From positions 186,001 to 250,000 of the forward strand of contig JASTWF010000355.1 of the NCBI GenBank assembly GCA_030390025.1: a stretch of DNA of 64,000 nt, read 5' to 3'. This document shows, piece after piece, positions 36,585 through 50,099 of this stretch. Source of the DNA: Squalus acanthias. Its lineage: Eukaryota. Below the pieces are notes generated by a model that did not search any database, was not told the origin of the DNA, and saw only the letters and a program-made list of their open reading frames with translations. Position 1 is the stretch's first letter; each line of letters opens with the position of its first letter. The translations under genes and the position numbers were made by a program.

Positions 36585-36972
36585 ATACAGGCCCACAGCC
36601 TTCTCCCTGGCTGATACCAGTGCTCCGTTTAGCTTCCTCCAGCATGTGATAACAGGCCCAAGGACTGCTCCAAGGCTGACTCCAGTGCTCCCGGTAGCTT
36701 CCTCCAGCAAGTGATAATAGGCCCACGGCCTGCTCCCAGGCTGACAATAATGCTCCCGGTAGCTTCCTCCAGCAAGTGATAACAGTTCCACGGCCTGGTC
36801 CCAGGCTGACACTAGTGCGTCCTGTAGCCTCCTCCAGCATGTGATAACAGGCCCAAGGCCTGCTCCCAGGCTGACTCCAGTGCTCCCTGTAGTTTCCTCC
36901 ATCATGTGATAACAGGCCCACGGCCTGCTCCTAGGATGACACCAGTGCTCCCTGTAGCTTCCTCCAGCATAT
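36585..36972. repeat. 65-bp minisatellite, ~6 copies
   Basis: Unit ATAACAGGCCCAAGGCCTGCTCCCAGGCTGACTCCAGTGCTCCCGGTAGCTTCCTCCAGCATGTG. Confidence 0.9.
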
Positions 36973-37809
36973 GCCAACGATCAGACTTGCTTCCCAGTTT
37001 TGGATTGTTGAAAATAAGCATTATGTTCGTTTTGAAGTTTGATAATTTCCCCGACCACATCTACCGCACCTGTTCTGCATGATCTTAAAAAAATATATGT
37101 ATCATTTTATAGTCAAATTATCTTCCTCAGTCCTAAGATCACGACACTGCACCCCGTAGAGGCCACACATATGGCTTATTTTTTAAATATATGTTGAATG
37201 GAATGGGATCTTTCCTTGTATTGTTTTCCTCATTCTACGAATCAATTCTCTGAAATTTGCAACTCTAACTCGGTACACTGATCTGAGTGGAGATCTCCTC
37301 GTTGTGAGTGTCGCATTCTAGCCAAAAGACCATCTTATTTTTGCAGTTTTAAAGAATGTTCCACACTCAAAACTTGAACTGGTCTGATCGCTCCGCAGAT
37401 GCTGGCAGACCTGCGGAGTTTTTCCAATGTTTTCAGGTTTATTTCAGAGTTCCAGCATCTGTGTTTTTCTGCTTTTTGTTTAATTTCTGCAGGTTGAATT
37501 GTGTGTCTGTAACCCTGCCAAAAATGTGAAGTATGAGAGGCTGGGGTACTGTTGGTTTTATTTCATCCACCAGTGGAACTGTGGCTGATTTTAGAACCTT
37601 CTAACTCGGGCCAGTCCAAATTACGGCCCACAGGCCATAGGCGACAAACAAGCCCTGTCAATACGACCCAAGTATCCCAGGCAACTCTCTTCTGCTTTTG
37701 CCTCTTACTGCTGGCATGTTCTGTTCACTTTTGTGCTTCTGGATGTTTGCAAAGGATTGCTTTTGGTGTTGCAGCCTCAATAAATAAATGGTAAATAAGC
37801 TGCTACGTC

Positions 37810-40800
37810 AATAAATGTGGCTATATGGGTTAACTAAAGAACATAAAAGGGGCAATCACACTGCTGGGAGTGTAGTATAGACCCCCAAACAGTCCGAGGG
37901 AGATAGAAGACCACATTTGGAGGCAGATTTCAGACAAAAACAAAAACAATGGGGCAGTAATAGTGGGGGATTTCTACTACCCCAATATTAAGTGGGATAA
38001 TACAAGCGTAAAAGGTAGAGAGGGCACAGAATTCCTAAATTGCATTCTGGAGATAATTTTTAGCCAATACGTAGTAAGCCCAATAAGAGGGTGACAGTTC
38101 TCGATTTAGTTTTAGGGAATTAAGCAGGGCAGGTGGAGGGAGTATCAGTGGGACGGCATTTTTGTGGTAGTGATCATAATTCAGTTACATTTAGCATAAT
38201 TATTAATAAGGACAAAGACAAAACAGGAGTAAGGGTTCTAAATTAAGGGAAGGCCAATTTTACTAGGTTGGGAAGTGATTTAGTAAAAATGGACTGGGAA
38301 CAGTTACTTGAAGGTAAACTAGTGTCAGAGCAGTGGGAGGTGTTCAAGAGGGAGCTACATGTAGTTCAGGTTAAACATGTTCCCACAAAGAAAAGGGTAA
38401 GAACTGCCAAATTTCGAGCCCCCTGGATGACAAGGTGCATACAGGGTAAGATAAGGCAAAAAAGCATAGCCTTTATCAGATTTCGTGAGCTCAATAATGC
38501 AGGAATCCTAGAAGAGTATAGAAAGTGTAGTGGTAAAATTAAGAAGGAAATTAGGAAAACAGAAAAAGGGCATGAAAAAATACTGGCAAGTAGAATCAAT
38601 GAAAATCCAAACATCTTTTATAATTGCATAAATAGCAAGAAGATAACTAAAGAAAGAGTAGGGCCTATCAGCGTCCAAAATGGTGATCTATGTGTGGAGG
38701 TGGAGGATGTGGAGAAGGTACTTAATGAATAATTTGCAGCTGTCCTCACACAAGAGGGGGACGTGCCGACGTTGAAGTTAATGAAGAAGTCAGCGAAATA
38801 TTGGAAAGGATAACCGTAGTAAGAGAGGAAGTATTAAGGGGTTTAGCTTCCTTGAAAGTAAATAAATCGCCTGGGGCGGATGAACTATATCCGATGCCAT
38901 TAAAATAAGCAAGGGAGGAAATTGCGGAGGCTCTGAACATCCTTTTCCAATCCTCCCTCGCTACTGGAGTGCTGCCTGAGGATAAGAGAACTGCTAACGT
39001 TGTACCATTGTTGAAAAAGGGAGAAAGGGATAAACCGAGCAATTACAAACCAGTTAGTTTAACCTCGGTGGTGGGCAAAGGTGTTTTGAAGTATATTAAG
39101 GGCAAGAGGATAACCAGGGAAAGAGTAGGGCCCATTAGGGTCCAAAGTGGCAATCTGTGTGTAGAGCCAGAAGATGTAGGTGTGGTTTTAAATGAATATT
39201 TTGCATCTGTGTTCACTATGGATAAGGACGATGTAGGCATAGGAATCAGGCAGGGGGATTGTGATATACTTGAACAAATTAGTGTTGAGAGGGAGGAGGT
39301 AATAGCGGTTTTAGCGGGCTTAGAAGTGGATAAATTCCCAGTCCCTGATGAGATGTATCTCAGTCTGCTTTGTGAGGCAAGGGAGGAGATTGCAGGGGCT
39401 CTGACACAATTTTTCAGAACATCTGGACACAGGGGAGTTGCCAGAGGACTGGACAACAGTTAACATCGTACCATTATTCAAGAAGGGTATTAGGGATAAA
39501 CCACGGAATTACAGGCCAGAGAGCCTAGCATCAGTGGTAGGGAAATTTTTGGAAACAATTCATAGGGACACAATTTGTTTCCACTTGGAGAGGCAAGGAT
39601 TATCCAAGGATAGTCAGCATGGCTTTGTCAGGGGAGATCATGCCAAACCAATTTGATTGAATTTTTCGAAGGTGTGACTAGTTGTGTGGATGAGGGTAGT
39701 GCAGTTGATTCAGTCTACATGGATTTCAGTAAGGCGTTTGACAATGTCCCATATGGGAGACTGGTGAAGAAGGTAAGAACCCATGGGATCCAGGGCAATT
39801 TGGCACGTGGGATCCAAAGTCGGCTTAGTGGCAGGAGGCAGAGGGCAATGATCGAAGGCTGTTTTTGTGACTGGAAGCCTGTGTCCAGTGGTGTAGCGCA
39901 GTGATCGGTGCTGGGTACTTTGCTGTTTGTAGTGTACATTAATGTTTTAGATATGAAGGTAGGAGGTATGATCAGTAAGTTTGCAGCTGACACGAAAATT
40001 GGTGAAGTGGTAAATAGCGAGGAGGGAAGCCTCAGGCTACAGGACGATTCAGACGGGTTGGTTAGATGGGCAGAACAGTGGCAAATTGAATTTAACCCTG
40101 AAAAGTGTGAGGTGATGCATTTTAGGAGGACTAACAAGGCCAGGGAATACTCAATGAATGGTAGGAACATAGGAAGGACAGAGGATCAGAGGGACCTTTG
40201 TGTACATGTACATAGATACCTGAAGGCAGCAGCACAGGCAGATAAGGTGGTTAAAACGCATACGGGATACTTGCCTTCATTAGCCGAGGCATGGAATATA
40301 AGAGCAGGGAGGTTATGATGGAGCTGTACAAAACGCTAGTTAGGCCACAGCTGGAATACTGTCTGCAGTTCTGGTCGCCACAATATAGGAGGAATGTGAT
40401 TGCATTGCAGAGGAGATTCATCCGGATGTTACCTGGGCTGGATTGCTTCAGCTATGAAGAGAGACTGGACAGTCTTGTGTTGTTTTCCTTAGCGCAGTGG
40501 AGGCTGAGGGGGGACCTGATTGAGTTGTACAAAATTATGAGGGGCATTCATAGGGTAGATAAAAAGGTACGTTTCCGTTTTGTAGAGGGGTCAATAACCA
40601 GGGGGCACAGTTTCAAGGTAAGGGGCAGGAGGTTTAGAAGGGATTTGAGGAAAATGAATTTCACCAGAGGGTGGCTGGAATCTGGAACTCACTGCCTAAA
40701 AGGGTGGTAGAGGCAGGAACCCACACAACATTCAAGAAACATTTAGATTAGCTCTTGAAACGCCATAGCTTACAAGGCTACGGACCAAGTGCTGGAAAAT

Positions 40801-42180
40801 GGGATTAGAATAGACAGGGCTTGATGGTCAGCGTGGACACGATGGGTCGAAGGCCTCTTTTTGTGCTGTATTACTCTATGACTCTATGACTCTAGGTAAC
40901 AAGGTCGGTCGATGACGGCAATGCGTTTTATATAGTCTACACTGATTTTAGCAAGTAAGTTGACAAGGTCTCACACGGCAGGCTAAAAAAAAAGGTTCAA
41001 GCCCATGGAATCCAAGGGAGAGTGGCAAACTGGGTCCAAAATTGACTCAGTGGCAGGAAGCAAAAGGTACTGGTTGAGGGGTGTTTTTGCGATTGGAAGG
41101 CTGTTTCCAGTGGGGTTCCACAGGGCTCGTACTCGGTCTCTTACTTTGTGTAGTATATATTAACGATTTCGACTTAAATGCAGGGGGAATGTTTTAGACT
41201 GCTGGAAGATAACGATGGACTGGTCAGTTGGACTGAAATGTGGCAAATTGAATTCAATCCAGAAAAGTGTGAGGTAATGCATTTGTGGAGGCGCAATAAG
41301 GCAAGAGAATACGCAACGGGAGGAGACTTAGAGGTGTGGAGGAACAGAGGGACATAGAAACATAGAAACGTAGAAAAATAGGAGCTGATGTAGGGCATTC
41401 GGCACTTCGAGCCTGCTCCGCCATTCAATATGATCTTGTCTAATCCTCTATCGCAATACCATATTCCCGCTCTCCCCCTGTGTATGTCCACAGATCCTTA
41501 AAGGTGGCAGGACAGGTCGATAAAGTAGTTAAAATGACTTACGGAATGCTATCCTTTATTAGCCGAAGCATAGAATAAGAACAGGGAAGATATGCTGGAA
41601 CCATATACAACAAAGGTTAGACCACAGCTAGAGTACTGCGTGCATTTCTGGTCACCACATTACAGGAAGGATGTGATTGAACTGGAGAGGGTGCAGAGGA
41701 GATTTACGAGGATGTTGCTAGGACTGGGTACTTTAGCTATGAGGAAAGATTGGAGAGGCTGGGGTTTATTTCCTTGGAACGGAGGGGGCTGAGGGGAGAT
41801 TTACTTGAGATGTATAAAATTATGAGGGTCCTAGATAGAGTGGATAGGGAGAACCTATTTCCCTTGGCAGAGGAGTCAAGAACCAGGGGGCATAGATTTA
41901 AAGTAGCCGGTAGAAAGTTTACAGCGGTGCTGAGGATTGTTTTTTCTCTCAGAATATTGTAGGGGTTCGGAGATCACTGCCCGGAAGGATGGTAGAGACA
42001 GAACCCCTCATCACATTTAAAAAGTACTTGGATGTGCACTTGAAGAGCCGTAACATACAGGGCTACCGACCTGGTGCTGAAAGGTGGGATTCGGCTTGAT
42101 AGCTCTTTTCCGAACAGCACGGAGACGGTGGGCAAAATGACCTCCTTCTGCGTCGTAATATTTCTATGATTCTATGAATC
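37810..42180 (+). mobile_element. Composite CR1 LINE cluster (endonuclease-RT; junctions ~39080 and ~40895; inverted CR1 tail at ~41353-41480)
   Basis: YRPPNS, GDF and SDHN endonuclease motifs, RT motifs and (ACTCTATG)n tails. Confidence 0.85.
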
Positions 42181-42524
42181 TAAAACTTGCCATGGTAGAA
42201 GTGGGAGCCTAGTTTGCTGCAGGATGATTGTGCGTTGATTGTCCACACCGTGCTGTGGCTGGTCCATATTTCACGTCCCTACCCTCCTAACCGTAGTAGA
42301 AGCCATAATGTCAAGGTGCTTACTCAGATGAAGGGAGGACCCATCGCAGGCTGAGCGATAAAGGGAAGCTCTCCTACAACTCCGAGAGGCTGGGAAGCGT
42401 CTAGAATCGGTACCTGGAAAACTGGAGTACTATAAGTCTATTCTTGTGATATTGATTATATTTAATTTCACTAAATTTGTAATTAATAACACTTGATTTA
42501 ATTATATCAACATTAAATTCGAAT

Positions 42525-43350
42525 TGTAACCAGACCTGGACGACATTCAGCCTTGAGCTGATAGTTGGCAGGTAAAATTCGCGCCAAACAATTGCCAGGC
42601 AATGACTATCTCCATCAAGCGAGAGTGTAACCAATGCCCCTTGACATTCAACTGCATTAGCATCGCCGAATCCCTCACCATCAACATCCTGGGGGTCACC
42701 ATTGACCACAAACTTAACTGGACAAGCCACATAAATACTGTGGCAACAAGAGCAGGTCAGACGTTGGGTATTCTGCGGTGAGTGTCTCACCTCGTGACTC
42801 CCCAAAGCCTTTCCACCATCTACAAGGCACAAGTCAGGAGTGTTATGGAATACTTTCCACTTGCCTGGATGAGTGAAGCTCCAACAACACTGAAGAAGCT
42901 CGACACCATTCAGGAGAAAGCAGCCCGCTTGATTGGCACCCCATCCACCACCTTAAACATTCCCTCCAACACCGGCGCACCGTGGCTGTAGTGTGTACCA
43001 TCTACAAGATGCACTGTTGCAACTCGCCAAGGCTTCTTCGGCAGCACCACCCAAACCCGCGACCTCTTCCACCTAGAAGGACAAGTGCAGCAGGCGCATG
43101 GGAACACCACCACCTCCAAGTTCCCCTCCAATTCACACACCATCCTACATTGGAAGTATGTCGGTGTTCCTTCATCGTCGCTGGGTCACAATCCTGGAAA
43201 TCCCTCTCGAACAGCACTTTGGGCGAATCTTCACCGCATGGAATGCAGCAGTTAAAGAAGGCGGCTCACCACCACCTTCTCCAGGGCAATTAGGGAGGGG
43301 CAATAAATGCTGGCCTTGCCAGCAAGGCCCACATCCCATGAATGAATGTT
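42525..43350 (+). mobile_element. CR1/L2-group LINE 3' end, family of 240-1850
   Basis: YKAQVRSVMEY, shared 3' tail, (GAAT)n end. Confidence 0.85.
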
Positions 43351-43398
43351 TAAAAATGTGCTTTTTTGCCCTTTCCCCTATTTGTATGGAGAAATGTT

Positions 43399-43790
43399 AC
43401 TCACAGTGTCCGCTGCCAACTCCAGCTCTTGCCCACGGTGACTACATCTGAGGAATAGTAACTAGGAGCTCAAACCTGTCTCGCGGTGAATCACAAAGGC
43501 AGCCAGCAGCCAATCACACCCCTATAACCAGCGCAGGTCCCGCTCACTGACGGTATGACAGGGTCACATAACCGGGCTCTGCTTCTGGTGCAGTCTCCCT
43601 GGACTGGAGCACAGGTTTCAGTTTCTGCCCATTAGTCTTATGGGCCTGTCTCTTACCAGAGCTCCTATGTAACGATGCCCGATCCAGAGAGCACAGGCCC
43701 CAATAATAGGTTTTATCAATCTTGTGTCCCACCCTCCTAATGTGAGGTCTCACGATTCAGTGTCCCCAAACTGTCCTCATAATGTAACAC
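43399..43790 (-). promoter_or_regulatory. Promoter-like module with a putative first exon (copy 1)
   Basis: On the minus strand: ISRE GAAACTGAAACC (43614-43625), CRE half-site, ATTGG, then donor GTGAGT at 43404-43399. Homologous to 59283-59640. Confidence 0.35.
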
Positions 43791-43799
43791 TTTCCACCC

Positions 43800-46700
43800 C
43801 AGTATCATTCTGGTGAATCTGCAGTGCCCAGACCTGAAAGCTGTGCTCAGAATGGGGCCCAACCAGAGCTTTTTGTAACTGTCTCATAACTTCCACTTCT
43901 TTGTATTCCAGCCACTTGAGATAAAGGGCAACATTGCATTGGTCTTCATTTAAATTAATGTTGTTACTTTTCCACTAGCATTGGGATTTCTGTACTTGGA
44001 CACCTATATCTAGCGACTCCGCCATCGTTGCTAACTTCTCACCATTCAGAAAATACTCTCATCGATCTTTTTAGGTCGAAAATGAATGTCCTCACACATC
44101 CACACATTGAACTCAACCAGCACAGTTTTTGCCCACTCATTATTCAATCTATTTTTACAACATTCTGCACAATATTTACTGTGTCACCTCACTTCTTGTT
44201 GTCAGCAAACTTGGACATATGGCTTTCCATTGGCTCATTCAAGTTATTTATGAATATTGTGAAACGCTGAGGCCCCAGTACTGATTAAACACATCCTGCC
44301 AATTTGAGTACATACCAATTATCCCTGCTTTCTATCTCCTACTGCAAACCAATTCTAAAGCAGGTCAATAAATTGGCTCCCATTCCACGCGCTCTCTTTT
44401 CAGCAAACTGGTCACGAGGTTAAAACCGATGGGATCCAGGGCAAAGTGTCAAGTTGGAGTCAAAAACAGGCTTGAAGACAGGAAACAGAGGGTAATGGTT
44501 TATGGGTGTTTTTGTGACTGGAAGGCTGTTTCCAGTGGGGTTCCGCACGGCTCAGTACTAGGTCCCTTGCTTTTTGTGGTATATATCAATGATCTAGACT
44601 TCAATATAGGAGGTGTGTTTAAGAAGTTTGCTGATGATACTAAAATCGGCTGTGTGGTTGATACTGAAGAAGGAAGCTGTAGACTGCAGGAAGATATCAA
44701 TTAAGTTGGTCAGGTGGGCAGAGCAGTGGCAAATGGAATTTAATCCGGAGAAGTTTGAGGTAATGCATTTGGGGAGGGCTAACAAGGAAAGGGAATACAC
44801 ATTAAATGGCAGGACACTGAGTAGTGTAGAGGAAAAAAGGGACATTGGAGTGCATGTCCAATGATCCCTGAATGTAGCAGGACAGGTAGATAAGATGGTT
44901 AAGAAGGCATACTGGATACTTGCCTTTATTAGCCGAGGCTTAGAATACAAGAGCGGGGGGGGTTATGCTTCAACTGAATAAACGACTAGTTAGGCCTCAG
45001 CTAGAGTACTGCGTGCAGTTCTGGTCACCGCATTATAGGAGAGATGTGATTGCACTCGACAGGGTACAGAGGAGATTTACAAGGGTGTTGCCGGAAGTAG
45101 AGAATATTTCCTATGAGAAAAGACTGCATAGGCTGGGATGTTTTCCTTGGAACAGAGGAGGCTGAGGAGAGACCTTATTGAGGTGTATAAAATTATGAGG
45201 GGCATAGATTAAGAGGATAGAGAGGACCTATTTCCCTTAGCAAATGTTTCAAAAACCAGGGGGCACAGATTTAAAGTAATTGTTGGAAGGTTTAGAGAGC
45301 ATTTGAGGGGAAATTTCTTCAACAAGAGGGTTGTGGGGGGCTGGAACTCACTGCCTGAAAGGGTGGTAGAGGCAGGAACCCTAACCACTTTTAAAAAGTA
45401 CTTGGATGTGCACTTGGGATGCTCTAACCTGCAGGGCTACGGAGCAAGAGCTGGGAAGTGGGATTAGGCTGGATAGCTCTTTGTTAGCTGGCGCGGACAT
45501 GATGGGCCGAAATGTACTCCTTCCATGCTGTAACTTTCTATGATTCCATGATTCCTATCGAATGCCTTCTGCAAGTCCATATCATTAACATCCATAGATA
45601 CTTATTTAACTACCACATGTGGCAGGAAGCAATGGGTAAAGATCGAAGAGTGTTTTGTCACTGCAAGGCTGTTTTAGTCGTGTTCCACGGGGCTAAGTAC
45701 TAAATAAGTGGCAAATGGAATTCAATCGGGAGAAGTGTGAGGTTATGCATTTGGCGAGGGCTAGCAAGGCAAGAGAATACACAATAAATAGTAAGCTACT
45801 GGTAATTGTAGAGGATCCGAAGTTGCTTGGATTGCATGTCCACAGATCCCTAAAGGTAGCAGGACAGGTAGATAAGGTGGTTAAGAAGACAAAAGGCATA
45901 CTATCCATTATTAGAAGAGGCTTAGCACATAAGAGCAGGGAGCTTATCAACTGGATAAAACATAGTTAGGCCACAGCAAGAATATTGCGTAATGTTCTGG
46001 TCACTACGTTACAGGAAATATGTAATTACACTAGAGAGGGTGCAGAGGAGATTTACAAGAATGTTGCCAGGACTGGAGAAATTTAGCTATGAGAAAAGAT
46101 TGGATAGGCTGGGGTTGTTTTCTTTGGAACAGTGGAGATTGTGTGGAGATTTAATTGAGCTGCATAAAATTATGAGGCCCCTGGAAAGATTGGATAAGAA
46201 GGAGCTGTTTCCCGGAGCAGAGTGGTCAATAACCAGGGACATTGAGTTAATGAAGCTGTTAGAAGAATTAGAGAGGAGCTGAGGATACATTTTTCACCCA
46301 GAGTGTGGTGAGATCTGGAACTCACTGCCTGAAAGCATGGTAGATGCAGAAATACACATTGCGTTTAAAAAATAGCTGAATATGCACTTGAAGTGTCTTA
46401 ACCTGCTTAGCGACGGACCAAGAGCTGGAAAGTGGGATTAGGCTGCATAGCTTTCTGTCGGCCGGCACAGACACGATGAGTCGAATGGCCTCCTTCTGCG
46501 TCGCAAATTTCTATGATTGTCTGCTTCTATGTTTCGTTACTGATTCAAATTATGCAACTAGGTTCGTTAGACATCAATTAACCATCACAAATCCATGCTG
46601 GTTCTCACAGATCAGCTTATATGTTTCCAAGTGCTCAGACACTCTGTTCCTATTAACAGATTCTGGTCACTTCCCAAATGGACGTTCGAGTAATAGGCCA

Positions 46701-49560
46701 ATCATATCCTCCTTTGCCTCTCTTACTCTTCTTAAATAATGGAGTGACATAGACAATTTTTCCATTCAAGGAAACTATCCCGATCTAAGTGCGTTTGGGA
46801 AGATCATGACTAGATCATCTACAATGTCCTCACCTACTTCTTTTAATACTCTCGGTTCGAAATCTTACGGACCTGCAGATTTGTCCATCTTCTGTCTCCT
46901 TTTTTTCCTCCATTATCATGTATTTACTCATGTTAAATCTTGTACGACCCTCTCCTTGATTTATTGCTAGTTTTCCTCGTATCTCTGGTTCTTTATCTTC
47001 ACCTACCTCCATGAAGATCGTAACAAAGTAAGTATTGAGCAAGTATTGGGGACCTTTGTGGTAATGGTGTCGAAGATGTTCCTATTCCGATTAACCTGAT
47101 AACCTGTTACCCCCTTTGAGCAAGAAAATCAAGCTAAGAGGCAGTTGCAAACTCCACAAAGTAAAATGTATGATGAATGCGGAGCAAAAGTTTTGAACCG
47201 GACAAAGCCCAATCCACATTTATCTGTCTCCTCACTAACATCCATTGGCTCCCTGTGCTCCAGTCAGTAGGTGTTAAGATCCTTTTCCTCCATTCAAATC
47301 CCTTCGTGCCTGATTAGCTCCCTCTCTCAGCAATCTCCTCCAGCCATACATCGCTCTGCATTAACTCCGTTCCTCTCTCCGTTCTTCTGGCATCAGATTA
47401 CTCCTCATTCACCGCTCCTTCTGCTCCACCATCGGCAGACATTCGTCAAGCCCCTGAACCCTGGACATCTGGAACTCCCGCCCTCAGTCTGGTCCCCTTC
47501 CTCCAAGCCTTCAAAACAATCCTCCAGTCCCTTATATCTGATTAGACGCCCATCTCTCTACCACTCTTTAGCCTATAGATTCATAGAGACATAACGATAC
47601 AGAACGATATCATTCGGCCCATTGAGTCCGTGCCGGCTCTCTGTAGAGCAATCCAGTCAGTCCCATTCCCCCACTCTATCCCCGTAGCCCTGCAAGTTTA
47701 TTTCCCTCAAGTGCCTATCCAGTCTCCCCTTGAAAACATTGAGTGTCTCCGCTTCCACCATGTCTGTCAGCAGCGAATTCCAGGTCCTCACCACTCGTTG
47801 CATAAAAAACATTTTCCTCCCATCGTCCCCTATCTCTTGCCCAATACTTTAAATCTGTGTCCCCTAGTCCTTGTACTATCAACTGGTGGGAACAGCCTTT
47901 CCCCATCTAGACTATCCAAATCCGTCATAATCTTGTACACCTCTATCAAATCACCCCTCAACCTCCGTTGCTCTAATGAAAACAAATCCAATTTCTCCAA
48001 CCTGTCCTTGTAGCTCGGCCTTTCGATCCCCTGCCGACCTGCAGCTAATCCCATTCCCCTGCCCTTTCCCCGCAGCACTGCGATTTTTTTGATCTTCAGA
48101 TTCTTTCGAACTCCCTTTTGAAAGATAAGATTGAGTCTGCCTCCACCAGCCGTTCAGGCAGTGCATTCCAGCCCTTAACCACTCGCTGCATAAAAAAAGT
48201 TTTTCTTACGTCGCTTTTGCTTCTTTTGACAATCGCCTTAATCTGTTTCCTCTGGTTCTCGACCCTTCTGCCAATGGGAGTAGTTTCTCCCTGTCTACTC
48301 TGTCGCGACACCTCATGATTTTGAACACCTCTATCAAATCTCCTCTCAATCTGCTCTGTTTCAAGGAGAACTGCACCAGCTTCTCCAGACTATCAATGTA
48401 ACTGAAGTCCTTCTTTCCAGGAATCATTCTCGTAAATCTTTTGTGCACCTTCTCTAAGGCCTTCACATCCTTCCTAAAGTGCGGTGCATAGAATTGTACA
48501 CAGTACTCCAGTTGGGGCCGACCCAGTGTTTTATACTGGTTCATCATAATTTCCACACTTTTGTACTCTATACCTCTGCTTATGAAGCCCAGGACCCCGT
48601 AAGCCTTTTTAATTGCTTTCTCAACCTGCCCTGCCAACTTCAACGATTTGTGCACATACACCCAAAGCTCGATCTGTCCTTGCACTCCCCTTAGGATTGA
48701 AACATTTAGTTTATATGTCCTCTCCTAATTTTTATACCAAAATGTATCACTTCACACTTTTCTGCGTTAAATTTCATCTGCCACGTGTCCGCCCATTTCA
48801 CCAGCCTGTTTATGTCTTCCTGAAGTCTATCACTATCCTCGTCACTGTTCACTATATTTCCAAGTTTAGTATAATTTACAATTTTGAAATTGTGCCTTGT
48901 GCACCCACGTCCAAGTCATTAATATATATCAAGAAAAGAAGTGGTCCGAGGGGAACACCACTGTGTACCTTCCACCAGTCCGAAAAACAACCGTTCACCA
49001 CTACTCTCTGTTTCCTATCACTAAGCCAATTTCGTATCCATGCTGCCGCTGTCCCTTTTATTACATGGCCTTCAACTTTGCTGGCGAGCCGATTATGTGG
49101 CACTTTGGCGAACGCCTTTTGGAAATCCAGGTACACGACATAAAGCGCATTGCCTTCATCAACACTCTCTGTTACCTCATCAAAAAACGCGATCAATTTG
49201 GTTAAAGACGATTTGCATTTAACAAATCCGTGCTGGTTTTCCTTTAGTAAGCCACACTTATCCAAGTGATTGTTAATTGTGTACCTGATTACTGTTTCTA
49301 AAAGCTTTGCCGCTTCCAAGGTTAAACTGACTGACCTGTAGATCCTGGATTTAGAGTTACACCCTTTTTTGAACAAAGGTGTAACTTTTGAAATTCTGCC
49401 GTCCTCTGGCACGACCCCCGTATCTATGGAGGATTGGAATATTATTATCCGCGATTTCGTCCCTCAATTCCCTCAGCATCCTAGGATGCAGCCCATCTGC
49501 TCCTGGTTATTTATCTACTTTAAGTAGAGCCAGCCATTCTAATACCTCATTTTTAAACTT
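43800..49560. mobile_element. Multiple CR1 fragments on both strands (+ 44400-45550, 45600-46520; - 43800-44400, 46545-47045, 47575-48020, 48050-49560)
   Basis: Repeated RT C-terminal motifs (RPQLEYCVQFW, RRLRGDLIE) and CR1 tails. Confidence 0.82.
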
Positions 49561-49619
49561 GCCTTACCACATCATGTGAATGAACAAAACATATTGTTAT
49601 TCATCTTTGGGAGTGGTGA

Positions 49620-49932
49620 CTGTACGTTCATTTTTTTTCCATTAAATGAGGGTAGTTAAGTGTCAATCACATTGCTGTCGGTCTGGAGTCACATATAGGC
49701 CAGAATAGGTAAGGACGGTAGATTTCCTTTCCTAAAGGATATCAGTGAATCAGATGGCTTTATATGACAATCTGGCAGTTTCATGGTCAGCATTACTGAT
49801 ATCAGCATTTTATTTAATGAACTGAATTTAAATTCTCCAGCTGCCACGGTGGATTTGAACTTTTGGTCAGCGGATTATTAGTCCACGCCTTTAGAATTAC
49901 TAGTCCAGTAACATTACCACTATGCTACCGTT
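49620..49932 (-). mobile_element. tRNA-derived SINE
   Basis: A-box TAGCATAGTGG and B-box GTTCAAATCC on the minus strand; homologous to 56950-57362. Confidence 0.75.
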
Positions 49933-50099
49933 CTCTCCCAACTTCCTAATGTAAGGTCCAACAAAACAATGACCCCCGCCACACAATATCTCCTCATATG
50001 TTTCCATCTCCTTTGCAACTTGGAAGTAAGTATTCCCCAGATGCTTAGAAAATTTACCCAGGGACTTGAGTCATATCCAAAGATTCCTCCTGCTGTCAT

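Noticed and set aside
21700..43400. N-terminal CARD/PYD/death-domain exon of the - strand NLR
   Set aside because: No death-fold-like exon could be recognised by eye; needs a six-frame HMM search.
49830..49932. tRNA gene
   Set aside because: A and B boxes are present but the spacing is extended, no cloverleaf is evident, and it continues into a SINE body.
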